From Aquificaceae bacterium (GTDB lineage Bacteria > Aquificota > Aquificia > Aquificales > Aquificaceae), in assembly GCA_037925075.1 (NCBI GenBank), contig JAXSNR010000001.1, forward strand, positions 576,001 through 640,000: a stretch of DNA of 64,000 nucleotides. The letters run 5' to 3'. Shown piece after piece: positions 18,661-29,230 of this stretch; position 1 is the first letter of the stretch; each line of letters begins with the position of its first letter. Position numbers and translations under genes: made by a program. The notes under the pieces are model-generated. The model had not been told where the DNA came from. It saw only the letters and a program-made list of their open reading frames with translations, and searched no databases.

Positions 18661-18816
18661 GGCTCATGTCCGCAGTTTATACTCTTATGTTCTTCTTTTG
18701 TTGACCCTCAAAGGATGTTTAAATCATAACCCCTGAGCCATAGCCCCCTCAAGTCAGAAGGAACTTATGGGATAAACCTTTGAAGGTGGTGAACCTAAAT
18801 CTGGGATAGTCTGAGG

Positions 18817-19821
18817 CTATTTAAAAAAACTTAAAAAGTCCATCTCGCTTAGCCTTGGTATGTTCAAGATCTGAAGGTTTTCCCTCAAGTGTTCCAGCTT
18901 ACTCATACCTACAAGGGCTGTGCCAACGCCTGGAGTGCTAAGGACAAACTGAAGGCTTGCATGCACATCCTTTTCTACTCCGAGCTTTTTCTTTAGCTCC
19001 TGAGGCACCCTACCTAGGACCCTTCCTTGGTATATACTGGCGCTTGTGTATGTGTATATGCCAAGCCTTTGACAAGCTTCAAGGGTGGAGAGCCTTTCAC
19101 CACCTACTTCATGGTTTTTGAGAGTATAAGCTTCTGGCATGCCAAGGTTGTAGGGAAGCTGTATAAACCTAAAGTGATGGTCCTTGCCCGCTACCTCTTC
19201 CGCAATGCCCAAAAGCTCCAAAAGGTTTAGGTACTGCCTACTGGCAGGAGAGACCCTAAAGCCTCCCCAAGTGGCAAGCCCATAATACCTTATTCTGCCC
19301 CTATTGACCTCAGACTCAAGGTATTCAAAGCACTCCCTTATCTTTTCGTTAAAGGTTTTTCTGTCAAAGAAGTTTAGCTGTTCTTCTGGGTTATGAAGGA
19401 AGTATATATCTATGTAGTCTGTGCCCATATTTTCAAGGCTTTTGTTTAGGCACCATTCAATAAACCTTGCGGACAGGTAATGCCCCTGAGGTGTCATCTC
19501 CTCCAGTTTTACAATGCCAGTATTTACAAAGTTCTCGTAAAAGTAGTCTTTTGGGTCAACTCCCGCGTCCACATCAAAGGGTATGTATCCCCCCTTTGTG
19601 GAAATTATCAGTTTATCTCTTGGCACTTCCTTCAGCACTTCCCCTATATCTCTCTCGCTTTTCATGTACCTATAGACTATGGCGGTATCCACCACATTTA
19701 CACCCATCTGTAGGGCGGTTTTTATGACTTCCCTGTATCCTTGAGATGTTCTTTGATCAAGCTCTCCAAGGTATGTGCCAACTCCAAGTTCTGAAAGTTT
19801 TAAGTCAAGAAAGCTTTTCAT
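18817..19821 (-). CDS. Aldo/keto reductase
   Basis: LGVGTY, DTAIVY, STKGG, YIDIYFLHNPE, IQLPYN. Confidence 0.9.
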   Translation of the reverse strand: MKSFLDLKLSELGVGTYLGELDQRTSQGYREVIKTALQMGVNVVDTAIVYRYMKSERDIGEVLKEVPRDKLIISTKGGYIPFDVDAGVDPKDYFYENFVNTGIVKLEEMTPQGHYLSARFIEWCLNKSLENMGTDYIDIYFLHNPEEQLNFFDRKTFNEKIRECFEYLESEVNRGRIRYYGLATWGGFRVSPASRQYLNLLELLGIAEEVAGKDHHFRFIQLPYNLGMPEAYTLKNHEVGGERLSTLEACQRLGIYTYTSASIYQGRVLGRVPQELKKKLGVEKDVHASLQFVLSTPGVGTALVGMSKLEHLRENLQILNIPRLSEMDFLSFFK

Positions 19822-19832
19822 GATAGCCCCCT

Positions 19833-20528
19833 TTAAAGGTTCAAAAAGTCAAAACTTCCCACCTGCTTTTGAATTAAGCCCTCTTTCAACAAAAGGTTTT
19901 CCTCCTCCCTTATTAGACCCTCTGGCATAAGCCTTTTGGGACAGGCATAGGAGCAGTTCATACAGTGGGTGCAAAGTTCTGGCCTAAGACTTTGTAAAAC
20001 TTTCAGAGTACCCTCATAGCCTGCGTTTCTTGGGTCATAAAGGTGCTTGTATATTCTCGTTAGGACCAATGGACCACCAAAAAGCTCGCTCTGAGATAGT
20101 ACAGGGCATACGCTATCACAAACTCCGCAGAGAATACACTCCCAGCTTCTTGAAGTTAGTCGGTTTATCTCTTCCTCTATCTTTGGTTCCTTCTCATTTT
20201 CTGTAAGCCAGACCCTATAACCTTTAAGCTTTGTGTATAGACCTTCTTGGTCCACCACCAAATCCCTTATAACAGAAAAGTTGTCAATAGGCTCAATTAG
20301 TATGCATTCTCCCTCTTGTATCCATGTGGAGCATGCAAGAACAGGCTTTCCGTTTAGCTTTACCGCACAGGTTCCACATATGCCAGCTCTACACATACTC
20401 CTAAAGGCAAGGGTAGGGTCAAGCTCTTCTCTGACCTTGTACAAAAGCTCAAGTAGTGTAGCACTCTGAGATACCTTAATTTCAAACTCCTCAAAGCCAC
20501 CGGGATACCTCTTTATCCTTAGCTTCAC
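19833..20528 (-). CDS. frdB: Succinate dehydrogenase/fumarate reductase iron-sulfur subunit
   Basis: CRAGICGTC 2Fe-2S motif, CILCGVCDSVCP and CTHCMNCSYACP. Confidence 0.85.
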   Translation of the reverse strand: MKLRIKRYPGGFEEFEIKVSQSATLLELLYKVREELDPTLAFRSMCRAGICGTCAVKLNGKPVLACSTWIQEGECILIEPIDNFSVIRDLVVDQEGLYTKLKGYRVWLTENEKEPKIEEEINRLTSRSWECILCGVCDSVCPVLSQSELFGGPLVLTRIYKHLYDPRNAGYEGTLKVLQSLRPELCTHCMNCSYACPKRLMPEGLIREEENLLLKEGLIQKQVGSFDFLNL

Positions 20529-20530
20529 TT

Positions 20531-22042
20531 TTAGTACCTCTTTATTTCAATCTGATACTTTTTTATCCTATAATCAAGCTGACGTAGGGTATATCCCAGA
20601 AGCCTTGCCGCCCTTGATTTCACGTACCCTACCTTTTCAAGAGCCTTTAGGATCTCATCCCTCTCTGTGCTTTGTATAACCTGCGGCATGTTTTTAGCTC
20701 CCACATCATAAATCCTTGCAAAAAAGTAGGGCGGAAGGTCTATCTCTCTTATTAGACCATCTTTGAGTATGACAAGTCTCTCTATGGTGTTTTCTAACTC
20801 TCTTACGTTTCCAGGCCATGGGTATTCCATAAAAACCTCAATGACCTTGGGGTCAAGCCTGACCCTTTTGCCATAACGTTGGTTGAATATATCCAAAAAG
20901 TGGTCTATTAGTATGGGTATGTCTTCTCTTCTTTCCCTGAGGGGGGGTATGTGTATGGGAAGGACGTTTAGTCTGTAATATAGGTCTTCTCTAAAATGTC
21001 CCTGAGATACGAGCTCCGAAAGGTTCTTGTTGGTGGCGGAGATGATGCGCACATCTACCTTTATGGTCTTTTCACTGCCAAGTCTTTCTATTTCCTTATC
21101 CTGTATAACCCTTAGTATCTTAGGCTGTAGGGAAAGGGGCATATCTCCGATTTCATCAAGAAACACGGTTCCTCCGTTTGCCAACTCAAACTTTCCCTTT
21201 TTTGAAGTATAGGCTCCTGTAAAGGAGCCCTTTTCGTAGCCAAAAAGTTCTGCTTCAAGCAAGGTCTCCGGGATGGCACTGCAGTTTATGGTTATAAAGG
21301 GCTTTTCCTTTCGCTTGCTCATAAAGTGTATTGCTTTTGCGACAAGGCTTTTGCCTGTGCCACTTTCTCCGGTAATTAGCACATTTACATCCGTCTGGGC
21401 AATCCTTTCCACAAGGTCAAGAAGGTTTTTTATCACCGGGCTTTTGCCCACTATACCCTCCACGTTGTACCTTTCGCTGAGGGCCTTTGTAAGAAGCCTC
21501 TTTTCTTCTTCCCACTCCTCCCTCTCTCGATTTATCCTCTCGTCCAGCTTGTAAAGCATACCTATCATCGTCCCCATTATGAGCAAAAGCTCCACTCCCT
21601 TTTCTACGCTTTCTTCTCCAAAGTCTTTAAAGACCGCAAGAACTCCAATGATCTCACCTCCCACCCTTATGGGCACTGCCACAAAACTCTCACCGGGCTC
21701 AAGCCTCTCCCTTAGACCTGTTTTGTTGAGATAAACGTTTATTTTGGTATCTGAAAGAAATACGGGCACGCCATCCTTGTAGACCTTTCCCACTATGCCC
21801 TCACCCTTTTTAAAGATGCCCCTTTCTGCTTCCTCCTCTGTGAGCCCAAAGGCTTTGATTATTTTTAGTGCCTTTATCTCAGGTCTGTAAAGGGCCACAT
21901 AGCTATGCCTTACATCCCAAAAGGAATACAAAACCTTTAGAACTTCCTCTATGCTTTTTGTAAACTCAAAGCCTTTACTGAGTATCTTGGCGACTTCATT
22001 GACTATGGTAAGCTCTCTGAAGTTCAAGCCCTTTTCCATCAA
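20531..22042 (-). CDS. NifA-like sigma54 enhancer-binding protein (GAF-AAA+-HTH)
   Basis: GESGTGKS, ELFGYEKGSFTGA, FREDLYYRL, WPGNVREL, Fis-type HTH. Confidence 0.9.
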   Translation of the reverse strand: MMEKGLNFRELTIVNEVAKILSKGFEFTKSIEEVLKVLYSFWDVRHSYVALYRPEIKALKIIKAFGLTEEEAERGIFKKGEGIVGKVYKDGVPVFLSDTKINVYLNKTGLRERLEPGESFVAVPIRVGGEIIGVLAVFKDFGEESVEKGVELLLIMGTMIGMLYKLDERINREREEWEEEKRLLTKALSERYNVEGIVGKSPVIKNLLDLVERIAQTDVNVLITGESGTGKSLVAKAIHFMSKRKEKPFITINCSAIPETLLEAELFGYEKGSFTGAYTSKKGKFELANGGTVFLDEIGDMPLSLQPKILRVIQDKEIERLGSEKTIKVDVRIISATNKNLSELVSQGHFREDLYYRLNVLPIHIPPLRERREDIPILIDHFLDIFNQRYGKRVRLDPKVIEVFMEYPWPGNVRELENTIERLVILKDGLIREIDLPPYFFARIYDVGAKNMPQVIQSTERDEILKALEKVGYVKSRAARLLGYTLRQLDYRIKKYQIEIKRY

Positions 22043-22509
22043 TGCTCTTCTTTAACCTTGTAATAAAAGATAAGCACCCCAATCACTATGGCAATGGCTA
22101 CACCAAACATAAGGGTTTCAAAGGGCTCTTTCCACTTTACCACGTTCTTGGTGAAGGTTATGGCAAGTATGAGCACTACGACGCTTGCAAGCTTTGCCTT
22201 AAGCTGGTCTATGCTTTCAATCTTTAACCAGTCTGGTACCTCAAGCTTTCCCACGAAAAGCTCATAAAGACCCACCGCAAAGATGTAAAGAATGACCGAA
22301 AGCAGGTGGATGTCCATAACCGCTATAAACTTGGTGGAGAGTATGGCGCTATCAAGATACTCGGGCTCTTTAAAAACCTTATAAAGGGTTTCAAAGGAAA
22401 GGTAGACGCCATAAAAGCCAAGAAAGACCGCACTTATAAAAAGGCTTAGAGCTGGTAGCACCGCAATAGCCTTTCCCTTCTCCACAAAGGCTCTTACAAG
22501 CCTTTCCAT
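22039..22509 (-). CDS. YqhA/UPF0114 membrane protein
   Basis: GLYELFV...WLKIESIDQLKAKL motif. Confidence 0.8.
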   Translation of the reverse strand: MERLVRAFVEKGKAIAVLPALSLFISAVFLGFYGVYLSFETLYKVFKEPEYLDSAILSTKFIAVMDIHLLSVILYIFAVGLYELFVGKLEVPDWLKIESIDQLKAKLASVVVLILAITFTKNVVKWKEPFETLMFGVAIAIVIGVLIFYYKVKEEH

Positions 22510-22922
22510 CAGTCCACCTCCGAGTTTATTATTATCCTTAAACCCCTTGTCCCAACCTTTGCATTGGTGGACCCCATTAGGTCTCCCTTCTGTGGGTCTG
22601 CGGAGCCAGAAGTACTGAGCCTTGCGGTTATTATAACCTGACCTTCCATAAGCCTGTCGTGGCTTAGCTTATGCTTGCCCGTTATCTTAAACTTGTGGGG
22701 CAGTTTTGGATTTTTTACCCTAAGGACTGCCAAGGGCATGGGGTTTTCTAGGTCTCTAACGGAGATTATAAGAAAGGTATCACCCTTTGGAGCCTTGTTT
22801 TTTAGGCTCTCATCAAGGATAACCTCACCTTCTATAAACTGGTTTCTGTACTTTTCAAGGGGTACCTCCTTGGGCAGGGGCTGACACGAAAAAAGAATAA
22901 GAAGGGCAAGAAGTACAAGCAT
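22509..22922 (-). CDS. Lipoprotein resembling the CcmI/CycH C-terminal Ig-like domain
   Basis: Lipobox LFSC; PMPLAV-x-R and ARLS-x-SG-x-A...GDL-x-G motifs. Confidence 0.6.
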   Translation of the reverse strand: MLVLLALLILFSCQPLPKEVPLEKYRNQFIEGEVILDESLKNKAPKGDTFLIISVRDLENPMPLAVLRVKNPKLPHKFKITGKHKLSHDRLMEGQVIITARLSTSGSADPQKGDLMGSTNAKVGTRGLRIIINSEVD

Positions 22923-22931
22923 AGAGGTCTA

Positions 22932-23612
22932 TTATAAAGGATGCAGTCTGTATAGGTCCTTTACGAGACTTGGAAACTCCTCGGGCTTTATTACCTTACA
23001 GAAGGGCATACCAAGACATAGGACTCTGTTTGCGTTTCTTAGCACAAAGCCCACGTCGTGGGATACAACCACCACCGTCCTTTCCTTTGCAACCTCTTTG
23101 AGGATATGTTCTATATGCTCTTGAGCGTGTATATCAAGGCCCGTCATAGGCTCGTCAAGGACCAAAAGGTCTGGGTTTGTGGTGAGAGCGAGGGCAAGTA
23201 GGACCTTTTGCTGTTCTCCGCCGGAGAGTCTTACAAAGGGTCTTTTGAGTAGGTTCTCAAGATGTAAAAAGGCTATGACCCAACCGATTTTCTCCTTTGG
23301 TGCAACCGCCCTAAGAAGCTCTCCCACATTGCCCGCAAAGGACTTTTCCACCGAAAACCTCTGGGGCACATAACCTATTCTTCTCCACTGGGTAAAGCTC
23401 TCCAACCTTTCACCGAAGAGCCTTACCTCCCCCTTTTTGGGCTTAATAAAGCCCAGTATTATCCTAAGAAGGGTACTTTTGCCAGCACCGTTTGGACCAA
23501 GAATGCCAAAAAACTCACCCTTTTCCACATAAAAGCTCAGACCCTCCAAGAGGGGTTCATCCTCTCTATATCTAAAGTGTAGGTTTTGGACCTCTACTAT
23601 CTTTTCTGACAA
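22932..23612 (-). CDS. znuC: Zn/Mn ABC transporter ATP-binding subunit
   Basis: GPNGAGKST, GYVPQ, LSGGE, LDEP, SHD. Confidence 0.8.
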   Translation of the reverse strand: MSEKIVEVQNLHFRYREDEPLLEGLSFYVEKGEFFGILGPNGAGKSTLLRIILGFIKPKKGEVRLFGERLESFTQWRRIGYVPQRFSVEKSFAGNVGELLRAVAPKEKIGWVIAFLHLENLLKRPFVRLSGGEQQKVLLALALTTNPDLLVLDEPMTGLDIHAQEHIEHILKEVAKERTVVVVSHDVGFVLRNANRVLCLGMPFCKVIKPEEFPSLVKDLYRLHPL

Positions 23613-24436
23613 GCCAAACCCTCTGAAAGCCTAAGTAGGTTCCTTCTCATTATGGAAAAGTAGTCTTCTTCCTTCTCCTCTGGAAACAGTGAGGTATTCA
23701 AGGGCAAAACCCTTGCACCCACTTCTTGGGCTATCCTTCTTGCAAGCTTTTCCTCATACCCAAGCTCCACAAAAACCGCCTTAACTTGAGCCCTTTTTGC
23801 CCTCTCTACCATTCTCATCACCTCTGAGGGCTTTGGCTCCTCTTCCGCATGAAGCCCCCTAAGACCCACTATCTCAAGCCCATAATCCCTTCCCAAGTAT
23901 ACAGCAGAAAGGTGGGTGATCACCAAGGTTTTGTTTTTGCAGGTGGAAAGCACATTTCTGTATTCACCGTCCAAAGCCTTGAGAAGTTCCACATATTCAC
24001 CCGTTCTCTTTTTGTAGTATTCAGTCCCAGATGGGTCTATCTGAGAGAGAGCCCTTTGTATGTTTTCCACAAGGCTTATGTACGCCTTAGGTGAAAGCCA
24101 CAGATGTGGGTCAAGGCTTTTTCCTGCCCTTATGAGCGTTAGGCCCTGTGTGAGGGGGTAGGCTTTTCCCTTTTGCAAGCTTTCTGCGACCCTCTTTTCC
24201 CATCTTTCCACCCCCATGTACAGAAAAGCCCTTGCCCTCTGTAGCCTTCTCATATCATCGGGCTTTAGCTCGTAGTGGTGAGGGTCCGCCTGAGATCGCA
24301 CAAGCACATCCACATCAAACCTTCCCTCCGCAATGTACCTCAGAGGGTAGTATATGGGATATGAAGATGCCATCAAAAGCTCCTTAGCATAGCCCAAGGG
24401 GGAAACAAACAGCACCAACAGGATAACCACCAACAT
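23597..24436 (-). CDS. znuA: Zn/Mn ABC transporter substrate-binding protein
   Basis: DPHHYE, DPHLWLSP, ITH, EEPKP; signal peptide from ATG 24436. Confidence 0.8.
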   Translation of the reverse strand: MLVVILLVLFVSPLGYAKELLMASSYPIYYPLRYIAEGRFDVDVLVRSQADPHHYELKPDDMRRLQRARAFLYMGVERWEKRVAESLQKGKAYPLTQGLTLIRAGKSLDPHLWLSPKAYISLVENIQRALSQIDPSGTEYYKKRTGEYVELLKALDGEYRNVLSTCKNKTLVITHLSAVYLGRDYGLEIVGLRGLHAEEEPKPSEVMRMVERAKRAQVKAVFVELGYEEKLARRIAQEVGARVLPLNTSLFPEEKEEDYFSIMRRNLLRLSEGLACQKR

Positions 24437-24462
24437 GTTTTTTATTTTAAACAAAGAGAAGA

Positions 24463-25233
24463 TTAGAGCCTCTTTGCCTTCTCTGTGGTTTTTCGCACGC
24501 ATTCCATTATTATGCCCTTAAAGCCCCTTTCTTCCAAGACCTTTATGCCTTCTATGGTGGTCCCTCCGGGAGAGGCAACCCTTGTGATCCACTCCTCTGG
24601 GTTTCCACCGAGCCTTTTCAAAAGCTCGCAAGAGCCAAGTATTGTATCTATGGCTATGGACTTTGCCTTTTCGTAAGGAAAGCCCTCCATAACACCCGCA
24701 AGGGAAAGGGCATGCACAAAGCTAAAGACAAAGGCAGGACCTGAACCAGCAAGGGCGGTAAAGGCATCAAAAAGGCCTTCCTCAAGCTCATAAAGGCTAC
24801 CACAATGAGAAAAAAGCTCAAGAAACTTTTCCCTTTCCTCTTCCTTTATTCCTTTACCACAGGCAAAGGCTATAACAGCTTTCCTCACAAGAGCGTTTAT
24901 GTTGGGCATCAGTCTAATAAGCCTTGATGTGCCAGAAAGCTCTTCCATCTTTGCAAGGCTTAGCCCTGCAACTACGCTAATCAGCACCTTTTCTTCAAGC
25001 CTTCCTTTAAGAGTATTTAGGACCTTCTCCACATCCTTTGGCTTTACAGCCAACAAAAGCCAGTGAGAACCCTTTAGAAGAAAATCAAGGTCTGACGCTA
25101 CACCAAAGCCCTCAGAAAGTGCCTTTGACCTCTTTTCTTCGCTTATGTCATACACCATAATCTCCGCATGCTCCCTTAGAGCCTTTGCAAAGCTTTCTCC
25201 CATGTTTCCATATCCTATGATTCCTACCACCAT
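24463..25233 (-). CDS. proC: Pyrroline-5-carboxylate reductase
   Basis: GYGNMG, RLMPN, GSGPAF, VASPGGTT. Confidence 0.95.
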   Translation of the reverse strand: MVVGIIGYGNMGESFAKALREHAEIMVYDISEEKRSKALSEGFGVASDLDFLLKGSHWLLLAVKPKDVEKVLNTLKGRLEEKVLISVVAGLSLAKMEELSGTSRLIRLMPNINALVRKAVIAFACGKGIKEEEREKFLELFSHCGSLYELEEGLFDAFTALAGSGPAFVFSFVHALSLAGVMEGFPYEKAKSIAIDTILGSCELLKRLGGNPEEWITRVASPGGTTIEGIKVLEERGFKGIIMECVRKTTEKAKRL

Positions 25234-25234
25234 G

Positions 25235-26062
25235 TTATCTCCTCAACTTTGATATCAATCTCTCCCAAAAGCTGGGAGCATAGGGCTTTATGTTTAGTGG
25301 TAATTTTACAAGAGCGTTGGTTAGGTCCCTTATAAAACTCTCCTCAAAGGGGCTTTGGTTAACTATGCTCCTTATGATTTTGGGGTTGTACCTTATACTG
25401 CCAAGATAATGAACCTCCGCGGAGGTGAATTTTTCACAAACCACCTTAATACTCTCAAATACCTTCTCACCCTCCTCGTAATTTTGCACCTTATTAACCA
25501 CAAGGTAGAACTCCTTTACCTTGTCTTCGCTGTTTAAAACCTTTATAAGTCCATAAGCGTCCGCTATGGCAGTTGGTTCTGGGGTAGTAACTACAAGGGG
25601 TATGTGGCACGAAGAAACAAGGGCTGTGGTGTCCGAGTGTATGCCCGGTGGCGTGTCAAAAATAACCCAATCGTAATTTCTCTCCGCGTACTCCTGAAGC
25701 CTAAGGATTAGGTTTCTTAGCTGTGTGGGAGGTAGGTTAACAAGCTCTCTAACTCCGCTTCCGCTGGATATAAAGGCCAGGTTTTCATCCACAGATACAA
25801 CAACATCCTCAAGGGGAACTTCGCCCATAAAAAAGTTGTAGAGGTTCTTTTTGGGTGTTATCCCTAACATTATATGAACGTTGCTAAGGCCTAGGTCTCC
25901 ATCCACTACAAGTACCTTCTTTCCGTTTCTACCTACTATCCTCCCCATGTTTATGGTTATAAGCGTTTTGCCCACACCACCCTTTCCGCTCGCCACCGCT
26001 ATGTATCCCGTCTTCTTCTCTTTGCCCTGTACACTCATAAGGTGAAGACCTTGGGTTTCCAT
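25235..26062 (-). CDS. flhG: FlhG/FleN MinD-like ATPase
   Basis: SGKGGVGKT, DGDLGLSN, TTPEPTAIADAY; follows flhF. Confidence 0.85.
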   Translation of the reverse strand: METQGLHLMSVQGKEKKTGYIAVASGKGGVGKTLITINMGRIVGRNGKKVLVVDGDLGLSNVHIMLGITPKKNLYNFFMGEVPLEDVVVSVDENLAFISSGSGVRELVNLPPTQLRNLILRLQEYAERNYDWVIFDTPPGIHSDTTALVSSCHIPLVVTTPEPTAIADAYGLIKVLNSEDKVKEFYLVVNKVQNYEEGEKVFESIKVVCEKFTSAEVHYLGSIRYNPKIIRSIVNQSPFEESFIRDLTNALVKLPLNIKPYAPSFWERLISKLRR

Positions 26063-27168
26063 CAGTGCACCTCTAAGAAAATCTTAGATAGGTACTCGTA
26101 ATTTGCCATGACTATGTCCTCCGGTACTCTCTGACCCGTTGTAAAGCATAGTATGGGCATTTGCGTTCTGTATGCTACGTTTATAGTAGTCCCAAAATAA
26201 CTTGTCTCATCAAGCTTTGTAAATATAAGGCCTGAGGGTTCTACTACGCTAAAGCTCTCTATTATCTCGTACTGGATTTTCTCCTCTGTGTTTGCACTTA
26301 AAGTTATGTATGCTCTAAGGGCTGGAAGCTTGGAAAAAAAGGGTACGAGTTCTCTTATCTTTATCTCGTTGTATTGACTTCTGCCACCTGTATCTACAAG
26401 CACCATATCAAGGGAAGAGAGTTCTCCTATACATTCTCTTAGCCTATAGGGTGTGTCCGCGACCCTAAAGGGAAGCTCCATTATGTTGGCGTAGGTCTGA
26501 AGCTGTTGTATAGCACCCACTCTATAGCTGTCTATGGTTATAAGCCCCACCTTCTTACCCCATTGTCTCAGCACATGTGCAAGCTTTGCTATAGTAGTGG
26601 TTTTTCCTACACCGGTTGGCCCAAGCAAGGCAATAACGCTAAATCCTTCTTCTGGAAAGTTTTCCACCAGTTTTATGTTCTTACTGAAACCTTCCATGAG
26701 GGAATCCATGTTTTCTCTCTTAAGATCAAGTCGCCTGAGCTCAAAGTCATACCCGCATGCTGATTCCACTATCTTCTGTGCCACATCTCTTGAAACACCC
26801 TTGTTTATCAGCTTATTCATCAGATACAAGGCCCTTATGGAATACTCACCCTCTAACTCGTCCCTTTTTATTTCTTCCTTTTCTAGTCTTTGTCTTTTGA
26901 CTAATTCCATAACCTCTCTGAGGTTCTCTTTAAGTTTGTTTATCTCCTGATAGAGGCTTTCCTCCTTTTTTAGCTCTTCCGCAAAGTCTTCCTTGTCGGG
27001 TATGCCTACAGTTATCTCAAGCTTTGACCTTTGGGGAAAAGGCAAAAAGGGAATAAGTTTTTGTTTTATAACCCTTGTGGAAAGTATGACAGCTTCAGAG
27101 CCATAGAGTGCTCTTACCTCCTCCACCGCCTCTTGTAATGAATCCACCAGCAGTTTTTTAATTTTCAT
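26062..27168 (-). CDS. flhF: Flagellar SRP-type GTPase FlhF
   Basis: [39 protein letters not shown]. Confidence 0.9.
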   Translation of the reverse strand: MKIKKLLVDSLQEAVEEVRALYGSEAVILSTRVIKQKLIPFLPFPQRSKLEITVGIPDKEDFAEELKKEESLYQEINKLKENLREVMELVKRQRLEKEEIKRDELEGEYSIRALYLMNKLINKGVSRDVAQKIVESACGYDFELRRLDLKRENMDSLMEGFSKNIKLVENFPEEGFSVIALLGPTGVGKTTTIAKLAHVLRQWGKKVGLITIDSYRVGAIQQLQTYANIMELPFRVADTPYRLRECIGELSSLDMVLVDTGGRSQYNEIKIRELVPFFSKLPALRAYITLSANTEEKIQYEIIESFSVVEPSGLIFTKLDETSYFGTTINVAYRTQMPILCFTTGQRVPEDIVMANYEYLSKIFLEVH

Positions 27169-29193
27169 CCAAAACACCTATAACTTTGAGATTTAGTTGC
27201 CTATCAAGTTCATTATAAGATAGCACTGTAAGGTTTGGCATGTAGTTTTCAAGAACCCTTCTGATGTGTCTCCTTATAGAGCTTGAGGTTATAAGAATTG
27301 GCACAGTCTGATACTGGTTGAATTTTGCAACTTCCTGAGAAAGCTTTGGGTATATGGTATTGACGAGAAGGTCTAAAAATTCATCCTCTTTACCCTCCTG
27401 CACATAGGCCGTAAGCTTCGCTTCAACCTTCGGAGATATTATCATGGCGTAAAGGGTTCCATTTGTAGAGTACAGTCTCGTTATCCTCTTGGCAAGTCTT
27501 TGTCGCACATACTCGGTAAGAAGGTCTGGGTCTCTTGTCTGCTCTATGTAATCTGCAAGGGTTTCAAGGATGGTAAGAAGGTCGTTTATGGGTATACCTT
27601 CTCTGAGAAGGTTTTGAAGCACTCTATGAAGCACAGAGATTGGCACCACATCAGGCACAAGTCCTTGAACCGCCTTTGGGTATCTCCTTGATAGGTTTTC
27701 CACCAGTTCAAGCACCTCAGCCCTTCCCAGTATTTCATGTAGGTTTCTCTTTATAGTTTCGCTTATGTGGGTTATGATGGCGGTGGATATATCCACCACC
27801 ATGTAGCCTAGTCTTTGGGCTCTGTCTTTTAGGTCTTCCCTTATCCAATAGGCTTTTAGTTTAAAAGATGGGTCCTTTGTCTCTATACCCTGGAGTGGCT
27901 CTTTGGCACTTCCAAGGTCTATGGCAAGCCAGTGTCCTGGCACTATCTCATAGGAGTCCACTTCTATGCCCCTTATAAGTATGCGGTATTGATGAGGTCT
28001 TAGCCTAAGGTTGTCCCTTATGTGAACCAGCGGTATAACCACACCATACTCACTTGCAAGCTGTCTTCTTACTGTCTTTATCCTATCCGGCACATCACCA
28101 CCTTGAGACTCATCCACGTAAGGTATGAGCCCGTAGCCTATCTCGAGGGCTATAGTCTCTGGCTGGGTGATTAGCTCCTCTTCCTTCTTTTCCGCAGAGG
28201 GCTTTTCTGTTCTTTGATAAGCTCCTCAAGTTTTCTAAGCTCTTCCTGTTTTAGGGCTCTACTGAGAGCGTAATAAAGTCCTCCGAGCATGCCCGCCATA
28301 AGGAAGAAGGGAAGTTTTGGAAAGCCTGGAATGAGACCTATAAAAACAAGGAGAGCAGAGGAAAAAAGGAATACCTTTGGCTCCTTTGAAAACTCTCTAA
28401 GAAGAGCTTTCCCAAGCTCATCCCTTGAGGAGGATTTGGTAGTCACTATTCCTGCGGAAGTTGATAGCATGAGGGCTGGTATCTGGCTGGCAAGCCCCTC
28501 ACCCACTGTAAGGAGAGAGTACGTCCTTATTGCATCAGAAAACCCCATACCCTTAAAAACCAATCCCACCAGAAGACCACCCACAAGGCTTAGGAAAAGT
28601 ATTATCAACGCTGCAATGGCATCACCCCTTATAAACTTGCTTGCACCGTCCATAGCTCCAAAAAAGCTGGCTTCTTGCTCAAGTTGTGCCCTTCTCCTTT
28701 TGGCTTCTTCTTCCGTTATAAGCCCTGCGTTGAGGTCTGCGTCTATGCTCATCTGTTTTCCGGGCATGGCGTCAAGGGTAAAGCGTGCGGCAACTTCAGA
28801 AACCCTCTCAGCACCTCTGGTTATGACCACAAAGTTTATAACTATAAAAATAAGAAACACTATAAACCCCACTACCACATCTCCACCCACCACAAAGGTG
28901 CCAAAGCCCTCTATAATATGCCCTGCGGCAGATGTCCCCTCATGTCCGTAAAGCAGTATTCTCCTTGCGGCGGCTATGTTTAGGGAAAGCCTAAGGAGCG
29001 TTCCCAAAAGCAAGATGCTGGGAAAAACGGAAAGCTCTAAGGGTTCCTTTATAAAGGTGGTTAGCACAAGCACCGTCATTGAAAAAGTGATACTAAGGGC
29101 AAGTAGAAGGTCAAGAAGAAAAGCGGGCACTGGCAAAACTATGGCACCCAGTATAACCACAAAGGCAAGAATAACCCACCCTTCCCTAAGCAT
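27158..29193 (-). pseudogene. flhA: Flagellar export protein FlhA, split by a one-base frameshift near 28203-28206 (real lesion or sequencing error)
   Basis: ORF 28171-29193 is the TM domain ([19 protein letters not shown]). The shifted frame continues ...[24 protein letters not shown] into ORF 27158-28117 (cytoplasmic domain). Confidence 0.85.
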
Positions 29194-29230
29194 AGGACTA
29201 TTATTATATTAATGGAACGGAGGGAGCTTA

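Noticed and set aside
18661..18816. oriC next to dnaA
   Set aside because: No consensus TTATCCACA boxes (only weak TTATCCCAT) and no clear AT-rich unwinding element.
20531..22042. Nitrogen-fixation regulator nifA
   Set aside because: No nif genes in the window; the GAF-AAA+-HTH architecture alone does not define NifA.
28171..28210. Programmed -1 frameshift or transcriptional slippage in flhA
   Set aside because: No X XXY YYZ heptamer in frame and the A-run is only 4 nt.
28289..28951. 220-aa ORF antisense to flhA, and similar shadows (4915-5430, 36438-36941, 43156-43665)
   Set aside because: They lie opposite well-supported genes and have the Ser/Pro-rich composition typical of antisense frames.
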